Shown here one piece after another: positions 1 through 10,694 of a stretch of DNA of 64,000 nucleotides. Source of the DNA: Eubacteriales bacterium (lineage in GTDB: Bacteria; Bacillota; Clostridia; Oscillospirales; JAAYXM01). Position numbers and translations under genes: made by a program. Numbering within the stretch: the stretch's first letter is position 1; each line of letters begins with the position of its first letter. Under the pieces are notes generated by a model. That model was not told where the DNA came from and searched no databases. It saw only the letters and a program-made list of their open reading frames with translations. The DNA lies in assembly GCA_045580305.1 (NCBI GenBank), contig JAZNNQ010000027.1:5772-69771 (forward strand), written 5' to 3'.

Positions 1-308
1 TCGAGGTAGAGGATGAAGTAATCGAGAAGCGTATGAGCGGTCGCCGCGTTTGTGAGGGTTGTGGTGCTTCCTATCACATCCAGCACAAGCAACCCAAGGT
101 TGAGGGTGTTTGCGACTCTTGTGGCGGAAAGCTCATCTGCCGTAAGGACGACGCTCCCGAGACCGTTCGTGACAGACTTAATGTTTATCACGAGCAGACC
201 GAGCCCCTTAAGGATTACTACGAGAAACAGGGTAAGCTTACTAAGGTTAACGGTCAGGACGGGCTTGAGGACACAACGCGCTTAGTGTTCGCAGCTCTTG
301 GGATTTAG
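1..308 (+). CDS. adk: adenylate kinase, C-terminal part (5' end outside window; reading frame 3)
   Basis: Zn-lid CxxC...CxxC (CEGCG...CDSCGG). The DRLNVYHEQTEPL..YY tail is typical of Adk. Sits before map as in spc clusters. Confidence 0.9.
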   Translation, partial: EVEDEVIEKRMSGRRVCEGCGASYHIQHKQPKVEGVCDSCGGKLICRKDDAPETVRDRLNVYHEQTEPLKDYYEKQGKLTKVNGQDGLEDTTRLVFAALGI

Positions 309-398
309 TGAAATGTATTTTATCCGTATATGTCGGATGCGCAAGTTATTTGCGTATCCGGCCTAACCCGGACAAAGAGTTTGGGAGGAAATTAGTGC

Positions 399-1157
399 AT
401 GATAGAAATTAAATCCGCAAAACAACTTGAAAAAATGCGAATTGCAGGCGCGATTGCCGCATCGGCACTTGCCGCCGCAGGTCGCAAAGTAGCGCAAGGT
501 GTTACCACCAAGGAGCTTGATGACTTTATCAAAAAATACATCATATCCCGTGGTGCTACCCCTACATTTTTAGGATATGGCGGTTTTCCGGGTGCCGCGT
601 GCATCTCGGTAAACGATGAAGTGATCCACGGAATACCGGGATCGAAAAAACTTCAAAACGGTGATATCGTAAAAATCGATGTAGGTGCCACCTATGAAGG
701 ATATGTAGGCGACTGTGCAAACACATTTGCGGTCGGCGAAATTTCAGATGAGGCAAAACGGCTCATTCAGGTAACACAGCAGAGCTTCTATGAGGGTATG
801 AAGTACGCTCGTGTCGGGAATCGGGTTTCCGACATCTCCCACGCGATTGGCACCTATGTCGAGTCGCAGGGATTTTCGGTAGTTCGTGATTTCGTTGGAC
901 ACGGCGTGGGTTCTAAGCTACACGAGGAGCCTGAGGTTCCAAATTTCGGAATTCCCGGAAAAGGAGCCAGACTTTGCGCCGGAATGACCCTTGCAGTTGA
1001 GCCTATGGTCAACGCAGGAACATTCCCGGTAAAAATCTTAAGTGATGGCTGGACAGTTAAAACCCGCGATGGTAAGCTGTCTGCACATTACGAAAATTCA
1101 ATTGCTATCACAGACGGTGATCCGATAATCTTAACGGCCGCAGATGAGGAAATATAA
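399..1157 (+). CDS. map: type I methionine aminopeptidase
   Basis: 252 aa. MetAP signatures VIHGIP, DIVKIDVG, VGHGVG and LAVEPM. Conserved position after adk. Confidence 0.95.
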   Translation: MIEIKSAKQLEKMRIAGAIAASALAAAGRKVAQGVTTKELDDFIKKYIISRGATPTFLGYGGFPGAACISVNDEVIHGIPGSKKLQNGDIVKIDVGATYEGYVGDCANTFAVGEISDEAKRLIQVTQQSFYEGMKYARVGNRVSDISHAIGTYVESQGFSVVRDFVGHGVGSKLHEEPEVPNFGIPGKGARLCAGMTLAVEPMVNAGTFPVKILSDGWTVKTRDGKLSAHYENSIAITDGDPIILTAADEEI

Positions 1158-1158
1158 G

Positions 1159-1446
1159 ATGGATGTTAGTAATAACCAGATCGTTTTTTCTCTCGCCGGC
1201 AGAGATAAAGGTCATTTGTTCATTGTGATGGAAACTGAACCAGACTTCGTGTACCTTGTCGATGGAAAGCTTCGAAAGGTGGACTCGCCGAAGAAAAAGC
1301 GCAGAAAGCATGTTGCTTATGCGGGTAGCCTCGGTGAGCAGCTCCTTACAAAGCTTAATTCCGGCGAGAAGGTATTAAACAGCGAGATACGCAGGGCGCT
1401 TGCCGAATTTTCTAATAAAAACGGCAAAGAGTCGCTTCAAGCATAG
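1159..1446 (+). CDS. KOW-domain RNA-binding protein (small conserved gene between map and infA in Clostridia)
   Basis: Start refined to the ATG at 1159, 1 nt after the map stop. AGRDKG..FIV motif resembles the KOW/L14e type. The product call is position-based. Confidence 0.6.
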   Translation: MDVSNNQIVFSLAGRDKGHLFIVMETEPDFVYLVDGKLRKVDSPKKKRRKHVAYAGSLGEQLLTKLNSGEKVLNSEIRRALAEFSNKNGKESLQA

Positions 1447-1458
1447 GAGGTAATTTGC

Positions 1459-1831
<373 letters not shown>

Positions 1832-1862
1832 AACAAAGTTTATAATTGGAGGTGCAAGTTAA

Positions 1863-2231
1863 ATGGCACGTATAGCCGGAACTGACCTGCCGAAGGAGAA
1901 AAGACTTGAAATCGGTCTCACATACATCTTCGGTATCGGCAGAACTCGCGCAAAAGAAATCCTTGCAGCAACCGGTTTAAACCCGGACACTCGTGTTAAG
2001 GATTTAACAGAGGACGATGTTGCAAAGCTGCGTGAATTTATCGACAACAACTATAGCGTCGAGGGTGACCTCCGCCGTGATATCGCACTCGACATCAAGC
2101 GCTTAATCGAAATTGGCGCATACCGTGGCATTCGCCACAGAAGAGGTCTTCCTGTTCGCGGACAGCGCACAAAGACCAATGCAAGAACACGCAAGGGTCC
2201 GGCAAAGACCATTGCAAACAAGAAGAAGTAA
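1863..2231 (+). CDS. rpsM: 30S ribosomal protein S13
   Basis: MARIAG.DLP..KR.EIGLTYI.GIG; 122 aa. Confidence 0.97.
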   Translation: MARIAGTDLPKEKRLEIGLTYIFGIGRTRAKEILAATGLNPDTRVKDLTEDDVAKLREFIDNNYSVEGDLRRDIALDIKRLIEIGAYRGIRHRRGLPVRGQRTKTNARTRKGPAKTIANKKK

Positions 2232-2246
2232 GGAGGGTTATGAGAA

Positions 2247-2651
2247 ATGGCTAGTCCTAAAACAGCTAGAAAAGGCGCAACAAGAAAGCGCCGCGAGCGT
2301 AAGAATATCGCAGAAGGCGCGGCTCATATCCGTTCCTCTTTCAACAACACCATGGTAACCCTTACCGACAAGAACGGTAATGCTCTTTCCTGGGCATCTT
2401 CCGGTGGTATGGGCTTCCGTGGTTCAAAGAAGTCCACTCCGTTCGCAGCACAGGTAGCAGCAGAAACCGCTGCAAAGGCTGCTATGGAGCACGGTCTTAA
2501 GACTGTTGAAGTTTACGTTAAGGGTCCGGGCGCAGGCCGTGAGGCTGCTATCCGCGCACTCCAGGCTGCAGGTCTTGAGGTTAGCATGATTAAAGATGTT
2601 ACCCCGATCCCGCACAATGGTTGCCGTCCGCCCAAGAGACGTCGCGTATAA
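2247..2651 (+). CDS. rpsK: 30S ribosomal protein S11
   Basis: 134 aa, ...AHI.SSFNNT.VT.TD..GN...[15 protein letters not shown]... Confidence 0.97.
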   Translation: MASPKTARKGATRKRRERKNIAEGAAHIRSSFNNTMVTLTDKNGNALSWASSGGMGFRGSKKSTPFAAQVAAETAAKAAMEHGLKTVEVYVKGPGAGREAAIRALQAAGLEVSMIKDVTPIPHNGCRPPKRRRV

Positions 2652-2668
2652 TTTGGAGGTGTATTGAT

Positions 2669-3298
2669 ATGGCAAGATATACAGGCGCCGTATGCCGTCA
2701 GTGCCGTCGTGAGGGACAGAAATTATTCCTCAAGGGCGACCGCTGCTACACCGGCAAGTGCGCACTTGACCGCCGTCCCGGCCAGACTCCTGGTCAGCAT
2801 GGCAAGGGTCGTAAGAAATTATCCGAGTATGCTATGCAGCATCGTGAGAAGCAGAAAACCCGTCGTTACTACGGCGTTCTTGAGAGCCAGTTTGCTAAGT
2901 ACTTCGAGATGGCAGCATCCAAGCAGGGTGTTACTGGTGAGAACTTACTCCGCATTCTTGAGAGCCGTTTAGACAATGTTGTTTACCGTTTAGGTCTCGC
3001 AATGAGCCGCCCGGAAGCACGCCAGCTCGTTTCACACAACCATTTCTCCGTAAATGGTAAGAAGGTTAACATTCCGTCTTACTTAGTTAAGGCCGGCGAT
3101 GTTATTGCCCTCAACGAGAAGAGCCGCGGAAGTGATAAGTTCAAATCAATTATCGAGGCTAATGCATCTCGTGCTGTACCTGCATGGCTTGATATGGATA
3201 AGAACAAATTAGAGGCTAAGGTCGTAAATCTTCCCGCTCGTGAAGAGATCGATCTTCCGGTTGAGGAACACCTCATCGTCGAGTTGTACTCCAAGTAA
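2669..3298 (+). CDS. rpsD: 30S ribosomal protein S4
   Basis: Start refined to [16 protein letters not shown] (ATG 2669, GGAGG upstream). S4 domain at the C-terminus. Confidence 0.95.
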   Translation: MARYTGAVCRQCRREGQKLFLKGDRCYTGKCALDRRPGQTPGQHGKGRKKLSEYAMQHREKQKTRRYYGVLESQFAKYFEMAASKQGVTGENLLRILESRLDNVVYRLGLAMSRPEARQLVSHNHFSVNGKKVNIPSYLVKAGDVIALNEKSRGSDKFKSIIEANASRAVPAWLDMDKNKLEAKVVNLPAREEIDLPVEEHLIVELYSK

Positions 3299-3410
3299 GA
3301 TTGAGGCGACTTTGCGATACAGTGTGGTATCGCAACCCCTCGAGGCTACTGTAAGTTGCAAAGAAACAGCAGTATTTATATATGCTGCCTAACAAGGAGG
3401 GTAACTATTG

Positions 3411-4358
3411 ATGATCGAAATCGAGAAACCACATATTGACTGCCTTGACTTAGCAGAGGACGGATCCTACGGCAAGTTCGTTGTTGAGCCGCTTGAGCGT
3501 GGCTACGGTACAACTCTTGGCAACTCACTCCGCCGTGTGCTCCTTTCTTCATTACCCGGTACGGCAGTTACCGACATAAAAATCGCAGGTGTTTCCCACG
3601 AATTCTCCACCATCCCCGGTGTTACCGAGGATGTAACCGAGATTATCCTTAATGTAAAGGGTATTGTAGCTAAGCTTCACGGCAATGAGCCGAAGACCGT
3701 TTACATCGAGGCTGTGGGCGAAGGCGAGGTTTGCGCCGGCGACATTAAGTGCGACAGCGAGGTTGAGATCTTAAATCCCGATCTTCATATCGCAACTCTT
3801 GGCGCAGATGCAACTCTCAGCATGGAGCTTACCATTAACCACGGTCGTGGTTATGTTCCGTCTGACCGCAACAAGCCGGCTCAGTCGGTAATCGGACTTC
3901 TTCCGGTTGACTCCATCTACACCCCGGTTCATAAAGTCAATTACAATATCGAGAATACTCGTGTAGGTAATATGACAGACTTTGACAAGTTAACACTTGA
4001 AGTTTGGACAAACAAGACCATCAGCGCTCGTGATGCTGTATCATACGGCGCTAAGATCTTAGCTGACCACTTAGCTCTGTTTATCGACCTTTCCGAGGAT
4101 ATCGGTAATACATCAATCGTTATTGAAAAACCTGAATCACAGCGCGACAAGGTTTTAGACATGACAATTGAAGAGCTTGACCTTTCCGTTCGTTCCTTCA
4201 ACTGCTTAAAGCGCGCAGGTATTGACACTGTTTCAGACTTAATAGGCAAGACACAGGAAGATATGATGAAGGTCAGAAATTTGGGTAACAAGTCACTTGA
4301 AGAGGTTGTTAACAAGCTCGACGCTATGGGACTTGCACTCAAAAGCGAAGACAACTAA
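3411..4358 (+). CDS. rpoA: DNA-directed RNA polymerase subunit alpha
   Basis: ATG at 3411 lies 10 nt after AAGGAGG. N-terminal assembly domain, and a C-terminal domain with [13 protein letters not shown]. Confidence 0.97.
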   Translation: MIEIEKPHIDCLDLAEDGSYGKFVVEPLERGYGTTLGNSLRRVLLSSLPGTAVTDIKIAGVSHEFSTIPGVTEDVTEIILNVKGIVAKLHGNEPKTVYIEAVGEGEVCAGDIKCDSEVEILNPDLHIATLGADATLSMELTINHGRGYVPSDRNKPAQSVIGLLPVDSIYTPVHKVNYNIENTRVGNMTDFDKLTLEVWTNKTISARDAVSYGAKILADHLALFIDLSEDIGNTSIVIEKPESQRDKVLDMTIEELDLSVRSFNCLKRAGIDTVSDLIGKTQEDMMKVRNLGNKSLEEVVNKLDAMGLALKSEDN

Positions 4359-4458
4359 AAGATATTTACGGCAATAGCCTGCTTTACCATACGCCAAGCG
4401 TATGGTAAAGAGGGCCTTGCAACACTTATTATTACCACTTATAAAGGAGGTATTTTCG

Positions 4459-4800
4459 ATGCCAGGAACACGCAAACTCGGCAGAGCAACCGATGCACGC
4501 CGCGCAATGCTCCGCGCTATGGTTACCTATCTGCTTGAGAATGGCAAAATTGAGACCACTCTTATGCGTGCGAAGGAAGTTCGCCCGTTAGTGGAGAAGA
4601 TGATCACACTTGGCAAGACCAACACTCTGCACAGCAGAAGACAGGCACTTGCATTTATTACCAAGAAGGATGTAGTCAAGAAGCTTTTTGACGAGATCGC
4701 ACCCAAGTATGCTGACCGTAACGGTGGTTACAGCCGTATCACCAAGCTCGGCCCGCGTCGTGGCGACTGCGCTGAAATGGCTATCATCGAGCTGCTCTAA
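4459..4800 (+). CDS. rplQ: 50S ribosomal protein L17
   Basis: Start refined to MPGTRKLGR (ATG 4459 after AAGGAGG). Ends ...[20 protein letters not shown]. Confidence 0.95.
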   Translation: MPGTRKLGRATDARRAMLRAMVTYLLENGKIETTLMRAKEVRPLVEKMITLGKTNTLHSRRQALAFITKKDVVKKLFDEIAPKYADRNGGYSRITKLGPRRGDCAEMAIIELL

Positions 4801-4810
4801 TTAAAAACTT

Positions 4811-4860
4811 AAAGAGGTTTATCTCGAAAGCTGTGTTCGAGATAAACCTCTTTTTCTTTT
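4811..4860 (+). terminator. intrinsic terminator of the alpha operon
   Basis: 18-bp stem aaagaggtttatctcgaa/ttcgagataaacctcttt followed by a T-run. Confidence 0.85.
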
Positions 4861-4964
4861 TCAAAATAAAAAGGAATCGGCTGCGTTTAATACGCCCAGA
4901 TTCACGGGAAAGCCGCTTTCTGTTACCGATCCTAAGGTCAGTATAACAGAACGGGCGTGATGTG

Positions 4965-5429
4965 TCAATTCATCATAAAAACTGCAAAATTAAGATATGC
5001 GGCAAAGGTAAGCCATAAAATATAGGGAATTTGTAGATATGCAGCGAGAGGTTTTGCCTTATAAAACTGCCATATCATAAGGGCGACAAGCACCCAAAGC
5101 AGAAGGAGCCATATAAAGGCGATAAAATACACCTGCATATTGAAGAACAACAGCGGCCAGATAAAATTAACCGCAAGCTGTACCCCGTAGAGAGCGAGCG
5201 CTTCCCTCTTATTTAAGGAATTGCTCGTGTACACAAGGTAGCAGGAAACGCCCATAAGAAGGAAGAGAATGGTCCACACAATTGGAAAAACGATAGAAGG
5301 CGGCGCCAGGGGTGGTTGGTTTAAATTTCCGTATAACTCCATAGAGTCCCGGGTAAGATAAGCGCTCAGCGCGCCGACACCTAATGGAATAATCAGGGAA
5401 ATGATTAACTCTTTCCATTTAATTTTCAT
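4965..5429 (-). CDS. tspO: TspO/MBR family tryptophan-rich sensory protein
   Basis: 154 aa, 5 TM helices, W/Y-rich with PP..FP.VW and LN..W motifs of TspO. Confidence 0.8.
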   Translation of the reverse strand: MKIKWKELIISLIIPLGVGALSAYLTRDSMELYGNLNQPPLAPPSIVFPIVWTILFLLMGVSCYLVYTSNSLNKREALALYGVQLAVNFIWPLLFFNMQVYFIAFIWLLLLWVLVALMIWQFYKAKPLAAYLQIPYILWLTFAAYLNFAVFMMN

Positions 5430-5621
5430 AAAAAATCACCTCTCTAAAGGTTATGCATTTTTAAGTAAAATATACAAGTAAGAATGACGAGAAATACAAG
5501 CTTTCGCAAATATATACAGGGTAAATGGGCACAAAACCCGTAAAAAACACATTCTTTAGTGCCTAAATTACGATTGCACCCTAGATGCTTTGTGCAGTTT
5601 ATGTATAAATATACTATTTTA

Positions 5622-5713
5622 TGCATAAATGAATGGAGATATTGATGAATTATGCAAAAAATTCCGAAAAATTCAAAAAAACTCTTGCATAAAAATTCAA
5701 CCTCTGCTATAAT
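5622..5713 (+). promoter_or_regulatory. argG promoter with three ARG-box-like sites
   Basis: -35 TTGCAT (5685-5690), 17-nt spacer, -10 TATAAT (5708-5713). TGCATAAAAATTCA (5686-5699) overlaps the -35 and has one mismatch to the TGAATwwwwATTCA core. Related TGCATAAATGAAT (5622-5634) and inverted TGAATTATGCA (5646-5656) lie upstream. Confidence 0.55.
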
Positions 5714-5752
5714 CATTATACTGAAAAAATTATCTTTAAGGAGAGATATATT

Positions 5753-6973
5753 ATGAGTAAAATTAAAAAGGCCGTTCTGGCATATTCCGGCGGACTTGAT
5801 ACATCAATTATTATTCCGTGGCTTAAGGAAAACTACGGCTGCGAGGTTATCGCTGTTGCTGCTGATGTTGGTCAGGGCAAGGAGCTTGACGGCCTTATTG
5901 ACAAGGCTATCAAGACCGGCGCAAGCAAGTGCTATATCGAAGATTTAAGAGAAGAATTCGTTGACGAGTATGTTATCCCCACCATGAAGGCAGGCGCTGT
6001 TTATGAAGGCAGCTATCTCCTCGGTACTTCCTTTGCTCGTCCGATTATTGCAAAGAGAATTGTTGAGATTGCAAAGAAAGAGGGCGCAGATGCAATTTGC
6101 CACGGTTGTACCGGTAAGGGTAACGACCAGGTTCGTTTCGAGCTTGCTATCAAGGCATTTGCTCCCGAGCTTAAGATTATCGCTCCCTGGCGTGAGTGGG
6201 AACTCAAGAGCCGCGAGGAAGAGATCGCTTACGCTGAGGCTCGCAACATTCCCCTTACTATTACTCGTGAGACCAACTATTCCAAGGATATGAACCTCTG
6301 GCACTTATCCCACGAGGGCTTGGATCTTGAAGATCCGGGCAACGAGCCGAATTACGACAAGATCTTAGAGCTTGGTGTTACTCCCGAAAAGGCACCCGAT
6401 ACTCCTACCTACATCGACATCGCGTTTGAGAAGGGTGTTCCGGTTGCACTTAACGGCAAGAAGATGAAAGCGCTTGACATTATCTATGAGCTTAACAAGG
6501 TTGGCGGCGCTAACGGTATCGGTATCGTTGACTTAGTTGAGAACCGTCTTGTCGGTATGAAGAGCCGTGGCGTTTATGAGACTCCCGGCGGCACCATCCT
6601 CTACAAGGCACACGAGTTCTTAGAGACCCTCTGTCTTGACCGCGATACACACCACTACAAGGCACAGGCTGCTATCCGTTTTGCAGAGCTTGTTTACTTT
6701 GGCCAGTGGTATACTCCCCTTCGTGAGGCGCTTTCCGCATTTGTTGACAGCACTCAGGAAAGAGTCACCGGTCATGTTAAGTTAAAACTCTACAAGGGCA
6801 ACATCGTAAATGCCGGTATGTGGAGTGAGTACTCACTTTACGACGAAGAAATCGCTACTTTTGATGAGGACGAGGTTTATGATCAGAAGGACAGCGCAGG
6901 ATTTATTAACCTGTTCGGTCTTCCCATCAAGGTTCGCGCAATGCTCGATAACAAGAGAAACGAAAAGAAATAA
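5753..6973 (+). CDS. argG: argininosuccinate synthase
   Basis: 406 aa, [10 protein letters not shown]-loop, ...[13 protein letters not shown]... Confidence 0.97.
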   Translation: MSKIKKAVLAYSGGLDTSIIIPWLKENYGCEVIAVAADVGQGKELDGLIDKAIKTGASKCYIEDLREEFVDEYVIPTMKAGAVYEGSYLLGTSFARPIIAKRIVEIAKKEGADAICHGCTGKGNDQVRFELAIKAFAPELKIIAPWREWELKSREEEIAYAEARNIPLTITRETNYSKDMNLWHLSHEGLDLEDPGNEPNYDKILELGVTPEKAPDTPTYIDIAFEKGVPVALNGKKMKALDIIYELNKVGGANGIGIVDLVENRLVGMKSRGVYETPGGTILYKAHEFLETLCLDRDTHHYKAQAAIRFAELVYFGQWYTPLREALSAFVDSTQERVTGHVKLKLYKGNIVNAGMWSEYSLYDEEIATFDEDEVYDQKDSAGFINLFGLPIKVRAMLDNKRNEKK

Positions 6974-7039
6974 TATTGATGCTCAATGGGGGTTGCATTG
7001 TGCAATCCCCATATCACTTTAAGAAGGAGAATAGCGGAA

Positions 7040-8419
7040 ATGAAACTTTGGTCAGGACGCTTTCAAAAAGATATAGATGGATTGGTAAACGACTTTAACT
7101 CATCAATCCAATTTGATGCAAGAATGTACCGTGAGGACATCGAGGGCAGCATGGCGCACGCTATGATGCTCGGCAAGCAGGGGATCATTATGCAGGAGGA
7201 AGCAGATAAGATTGTGACTACTCTTGGCGAGATTCTTGCTGATATTGAGGCAGGTAAGGTAGAATTTTCTCTTGATAACGAGGATATTCATATGAATATC
7301 GAGCGTATACTCACCGAGCGTATCGGTGACACCGGAAAACGCCTTCATACTGCCCGTAGCCGTAACGATCAGGTAGCTCTCGACTTGCGAATGAATTTAA
7401 AGAAGGAAGTTGTCCGCATTAAGGGCCTTGTTTTAAAGCTTATGGCGGCTCTTGCCAATAAGGCTGAGGCTAATTTAGATGCCATTCTCCCGGGCTATAC
7501 CCATCTTCAGCGTGCACAACCTTCCACCGCAGGCCATCATTTTATGGCATACGGTGAGATGTTAAAGCGCGATGTTACACGCCTCGAGGACTGTTTAAAG
7601 AGAATGGACACAATGCCACTTGGCAGTTGCGCGCTCGCCGGCACAACCTATCCCATTGACAGATATTTCGTTGCTGAAAAATTAGGCTTTGCAAATATCA
7701 CTAACAACTCACTTGACGGCGTTTCCGACCGTGACTTTGTAATTGAGTTTGCATCCTGTCTTTCAATGATTATGATGCATCTTTCCCGTTTTTCCGAGGA
7801 AATAATCCTCTGGTGCTCATGGGAGTTCTCATATATTGAATTAGACGATGCTTATTCAACCGGTTCCTCCATTATGCCACAGAAGAAGAACCCGGATGTA
7901 GCAGAACTTGTAAGAGGTAAAACCGGCCGTGTTTATGGCTCTCTTATGGGCCTTCTCACTATGATGAAGGGCCTGCCCCTTGCATACAACAAGGATATGC
8001 AGGAGGATAAAGAGGCGATCTTTGACGCGGTTGACACCGTGGCTCAGTGCCTTGAGGTCTTCACTCCGATGTTCGAGACTATGACCATTAAAAAAGACAA
8101 TATGAAGAATGCAGCAAAGGGTGGCTTTATTAACGCTACCGACGCGGCAGACTATCTTGTTAAAAAGGGCCTTCCCTTCCGTGATGCCTATATGATCGTA
8201 GGTAAGCTTGTTACCTACTGTATTACCGAGAAAAAGACCCTTGATACACTTACTATGGACGATTATCATACATTATCCCCGGTTTTCGAGGAGGATGTTT
8301 ACGAGGCGCTTGATCTTGCAACCTGTGTTAACGGACGCAAGGTGCCCGGCGGCCCCGCCGAGGAAGAGGTCGCTCGTCAGATTGCTGAGCTTAAGAAATT
8401 TGTCGAGGAGAGGAAGTAA
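7040..8419 (+). CDS. argH: argininosuccinate lyase
   Basis: Start refined to MKLWSGRF (ATG 7040 after AAGGAG). Fumarate-lyase signature GSSIMPQKKNPD. Confidence 0.97.
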   Translation: MKLWSGRFQKDIDGLVNDFNSSIQFDARMYREDIEGSMAHAMMLGKQGIIMQEEADKIVTTLGEILADIEAGKVEFSLDNEDIHMNIERILTERIGDTGKRLHTARSRNDQVALDLRMNLKKEVVRIKGLVLKLMAALANKAEANLDAILPGYTHLQRAQPSTAGHHFMAYGEMLKRDVTRLEDCLKRMDTMPLGSCALAGTTYPIDRYFVAEKLGFANITNNSLDGVSDRDFVIEFASCLSMIMMHLSRFSEEIILWCSWEFSYIELDDAYSTGSSIMPQKKNPDVAELVRGKTGRVYGSLMGLLTMMKGLPLAYNKDMQEDKEAIFDAVDTVAQCLEVFTPMFETMTIKKDNMKNAAKGGFINATDAADYLVKKGLPFRDAYMIVGKLVTYCITEKKTLDTLTMDDYHTLSPVFEEDVYEALDLATCVNGRKVPGGPAEEEVARQIAELKKFVEERK

Positions 8420-8422
8420 ACT

Positions 8423-9457
8423 ATGATAAATGTAGGAATTGTAGGCGCAACCGGCTACGGCGGCGTTGAGCTTGTGCGACTTCTTCTCGCCCGCGACGAT
8501 GTAAATTTATGCTCTCTTAGCTCTGTTTCCTTTGAGGGTAAGAAAATTTCCGAAATTTACCCAATGCTTTACGGTATTTGCGACGATACCTTGGATACTC
8601 AGGACAAGGTAGTCGCAAAGTGCGATGTTATTTTCGCGGCACTTCCTCATGGCCTTTCCCAGAGCCTTGCAAAAGAGTGCATCGACAAAGGTAAGATTTT
8701 CATCGACCTTGGCGCGGATTTCCGCTTAGAGGATGAGGAAACTTATAAAAAGTGGTACGGTGGCAATTTTGAGGACAAAGAGCTTCAGGACAGCGCGGTT
8801 TATGGCCTTTGCGAATTAAATCGCGACAAATTACGCGGCGCGCGCCTTGTTGCAAACCCGGGTTGTTACCCCACCTCTATTGCGTTGGGTCTTTACCCTG
8901 CACTAAAGGGCGGTTTTTGTTCCACAAAGGGAATTATTATTGACTCCAAGTCCGGAGCGACGGGTGCCGGTCGCGGTCTTACCCAGACTACTCATTTCAC
9001 CGAATTAAACGAAGGTTTTGCTGCATACAAGGTAGGCAGTCACCGCCACACACCGGAAATTGAGCAGACCTTATCCAAAATGGCGGGCGAGGATGTGAAG
9101 GTTACCTTTGTTCCCCATCTTCTCCCAATCAATCGCGGAATTGAATCCACAATTTACGCGGAAATGAATCAGGAATACACTTTACTCCAGATCCACGACG
9201 CTTATGTGGATTTCTACAAAAATGAGAAATTCGTTACCGTTATGCCTTTAGGCAGTGCGGCAAATGTAAAAAATGTGCGAATGACAAATCAGTGTCAGAT
9301 TTCCCTGCACGAGGACAAGCACACCGGCCGTATTATTATCTCATCGGTAATTGATAATATGGTGAAAGGTGCGGCAGGTCAGGCTATTCAAAATATGAAT
9401 TTAGCACTCGGCTTACCGGAGGACAGAGGTCTTCCCATCTTAGCACCTGCATTTTAG
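8423..9457 (+). CDS. argC: N-acetyl-gamma-glutamyl-phosphate reductase
   Basis: 344 aa, GATGYGG NAD motif, active-site PGCYPT. Confidence 0.95.
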   Translation: MINVGIVGATGYGGVELVRLLLARDDVNLCSLSSVSFEGKKISEIYPMLYGICDDTLDTQDKVVAKCDVIFAALPHGLSQSLAKECIDKGKIFIDLGADFRLEDEETYKKWYGGNFEDKELQDSAVYGLCELNRDKLRGARLVANPGCYPTSIALGLYPALKGGFCSTKGIIIDSKSGATGAGRGLTQTTHFTELNEGFAAYKVGSHRHTPEIEQTLSKMAGEDVKVTFVPHLLPINRGIESTIYAEMNQEYTLLQIHDAYVDFYKNEKFVTVMPLGSAANVKNVRMTNQCQISLHEDKHTGRIIISSVIDNMVKGAAGQAIQNMNLALGLPEDRGLPILAPAF

Positions 9458-9467
9458 GAGAATGATT

Positions 9468-10682
9468 ATGAAAGAGATTTTAGGCGGTGTTTGTGCACCA
9501 CTCGGTTTTACAGCAGCGGGTATCCACTCGGGAATCCGCAAAAATAAAGACAGATTAGACCTTGCCCTTATCTCCTGCGAGCGTGAATGCAACGCGGCGG
9601 CAACCTTTACCACAAATCGTGTTAAGGCGGCGCCAGTGCAGCTTGATATGAAGAATATCAAAAGCGGCAAGATGCAGGCGGTAATCGTAAACAGCGGTAA
9701 CGCCAACGCCTGTGCACCCAACGGTATGGAGAATGCTGAAAAAATGTGCAAGATAGCGGCGGAGGCCCTCAATATCGCGCCCGAGCGCGTTTTCGTCTGC
9801 TCTACCGGCGTTATCGGCGTAGAGCTTGACACCACTCCGGTTGAAAAGGGTATGCCGAGCCTCGTGTCAGCTCTTTCCAAAGAAGGCGCTGAAAATGCGG
9901 CGCAGGCGATACTTACGACCGATCTTGTTAAAAAGGAGATCGCTTTAGAGGCAGAGATTGGCGGCAAGACCGTTAAAATCGGTGCGATCGCAAAGGGCTC
10001 GGGTATGATTCATCCCAATATGGGTACTATGCTCTGCTTTATCACAACGGATGCGGCTATAAGTTCTGAGCTTCTTCACGATGCACTCCTTGCAACGGTT
10101 AAAAGAACATTTAACCGCGTGAGCGTCGACGGTGATACCTCAACTAACGACACCGCGGTAGTAATGGCATCCGGCCTTGCGGGAAATGCTGAAATTACCG
10201 ATAAAAACGAGGATTATAACACCTTCTGCGCACTTCTCTATAAGGTTTGTGAGCATCTTGCCCGCGAGATGGCTCGTGACGGTGAGGGCGCGACACATCT
10301 TATCACCTGTGTGGTAAGTGGTGCAAAAGATGAAAAGAGCGCTGAAAAAATGGCGAAATCCGTTATTGGCTCGTCTCTTACAAAGGCGGCAATGTTCGGC
10401 GCAGATGCCAACTGGGGCCGCGTAATTTGTGCTATGGGCTACTCGGGCGAGGATTTCGATCCGGAAAAGGTTAAAATTTCTTTTAAGTCATCAGTCGGCG
10501 AGATTTTAGTTTGTGAAAACGGACGCGGTCTTGTTTTTGATGAAGATTTAGCTAAAAAGATCCTCACACAAGAGGAAGTTATCATTTGCGCCGAGCTTTG
10601 CGAGGGTCAGGCGTCAGCCACCGTTTGGGGTTGTGACCTTACCTACGATTATGTCAAAATTAACGGCGATTACAGAAGTTAG
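9468..10682 (+). CDS. argJ: bifunctional ornithine acetyltransferase / N-acetylglutamate synthase
   Basis: ATG 9468 has the better AGGAG spacing (7 nt). Autoprocessing site ...MLCFITTDA..., 404 aa. Confidence 0.93.
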   Translation: MKEILGGVCAPLGFTAAGIHSGIRKNKDRLDLALISCERECNAAATFTTNRVKAAPVQLDMKNIKSGKMQAVIVNSGNANACAPNGMENAEKMCKIAAEALNIAPERVFVCSTGVIGVELDTTPVEKGMPSLVSALSKEGAENAAQAILTTDLVKKEIALEAEIGGKTVKIGAIAKGSGMIHPNMGTMLCFITTDAAISSELLHDALLATVKRTFNRVSVDGDTSTNDTAVVMASGLAGNAEITDKNEDYNTFCALLYKVCEHLAREMARDGEGATHLITCVVSGAKDEKSAEKMAKSVIGSSLTKAAMFGADANWGRVICAMGYSGEDFDPEKVKISFKSSVGEILVCENGRGLVFDEDLAKKILTQEEVIICAELCEGQASATVWGCDLTYDYVKINGDYRS

Positions 10683-10694
10683 GAGGCTATTCCT

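Noticed and set aside
5444-5716. 90-aa minus-strand ORF in the tspO-argG spacer.
   Set aside because: It covers the AT-rich argG promoter and operator region. It is Cys/Phe/Ile-rich with no RBS. The region is better explained as regulatory DNA.
9440-9967. Long antisense ORFs inside strongly supported genes. Examples: 9440-9967, 12146-12814, 25049-25585, 41066-41683, 48483-49055, 56528-57139, 59676-60302.
   Set aside because: They lie opposite genes with unmistakable conserved motifs. Their products are low-complexity (Ser/Ala/Arg/Pro-rich), and they have no RBS. These are typical shadow ORFs.
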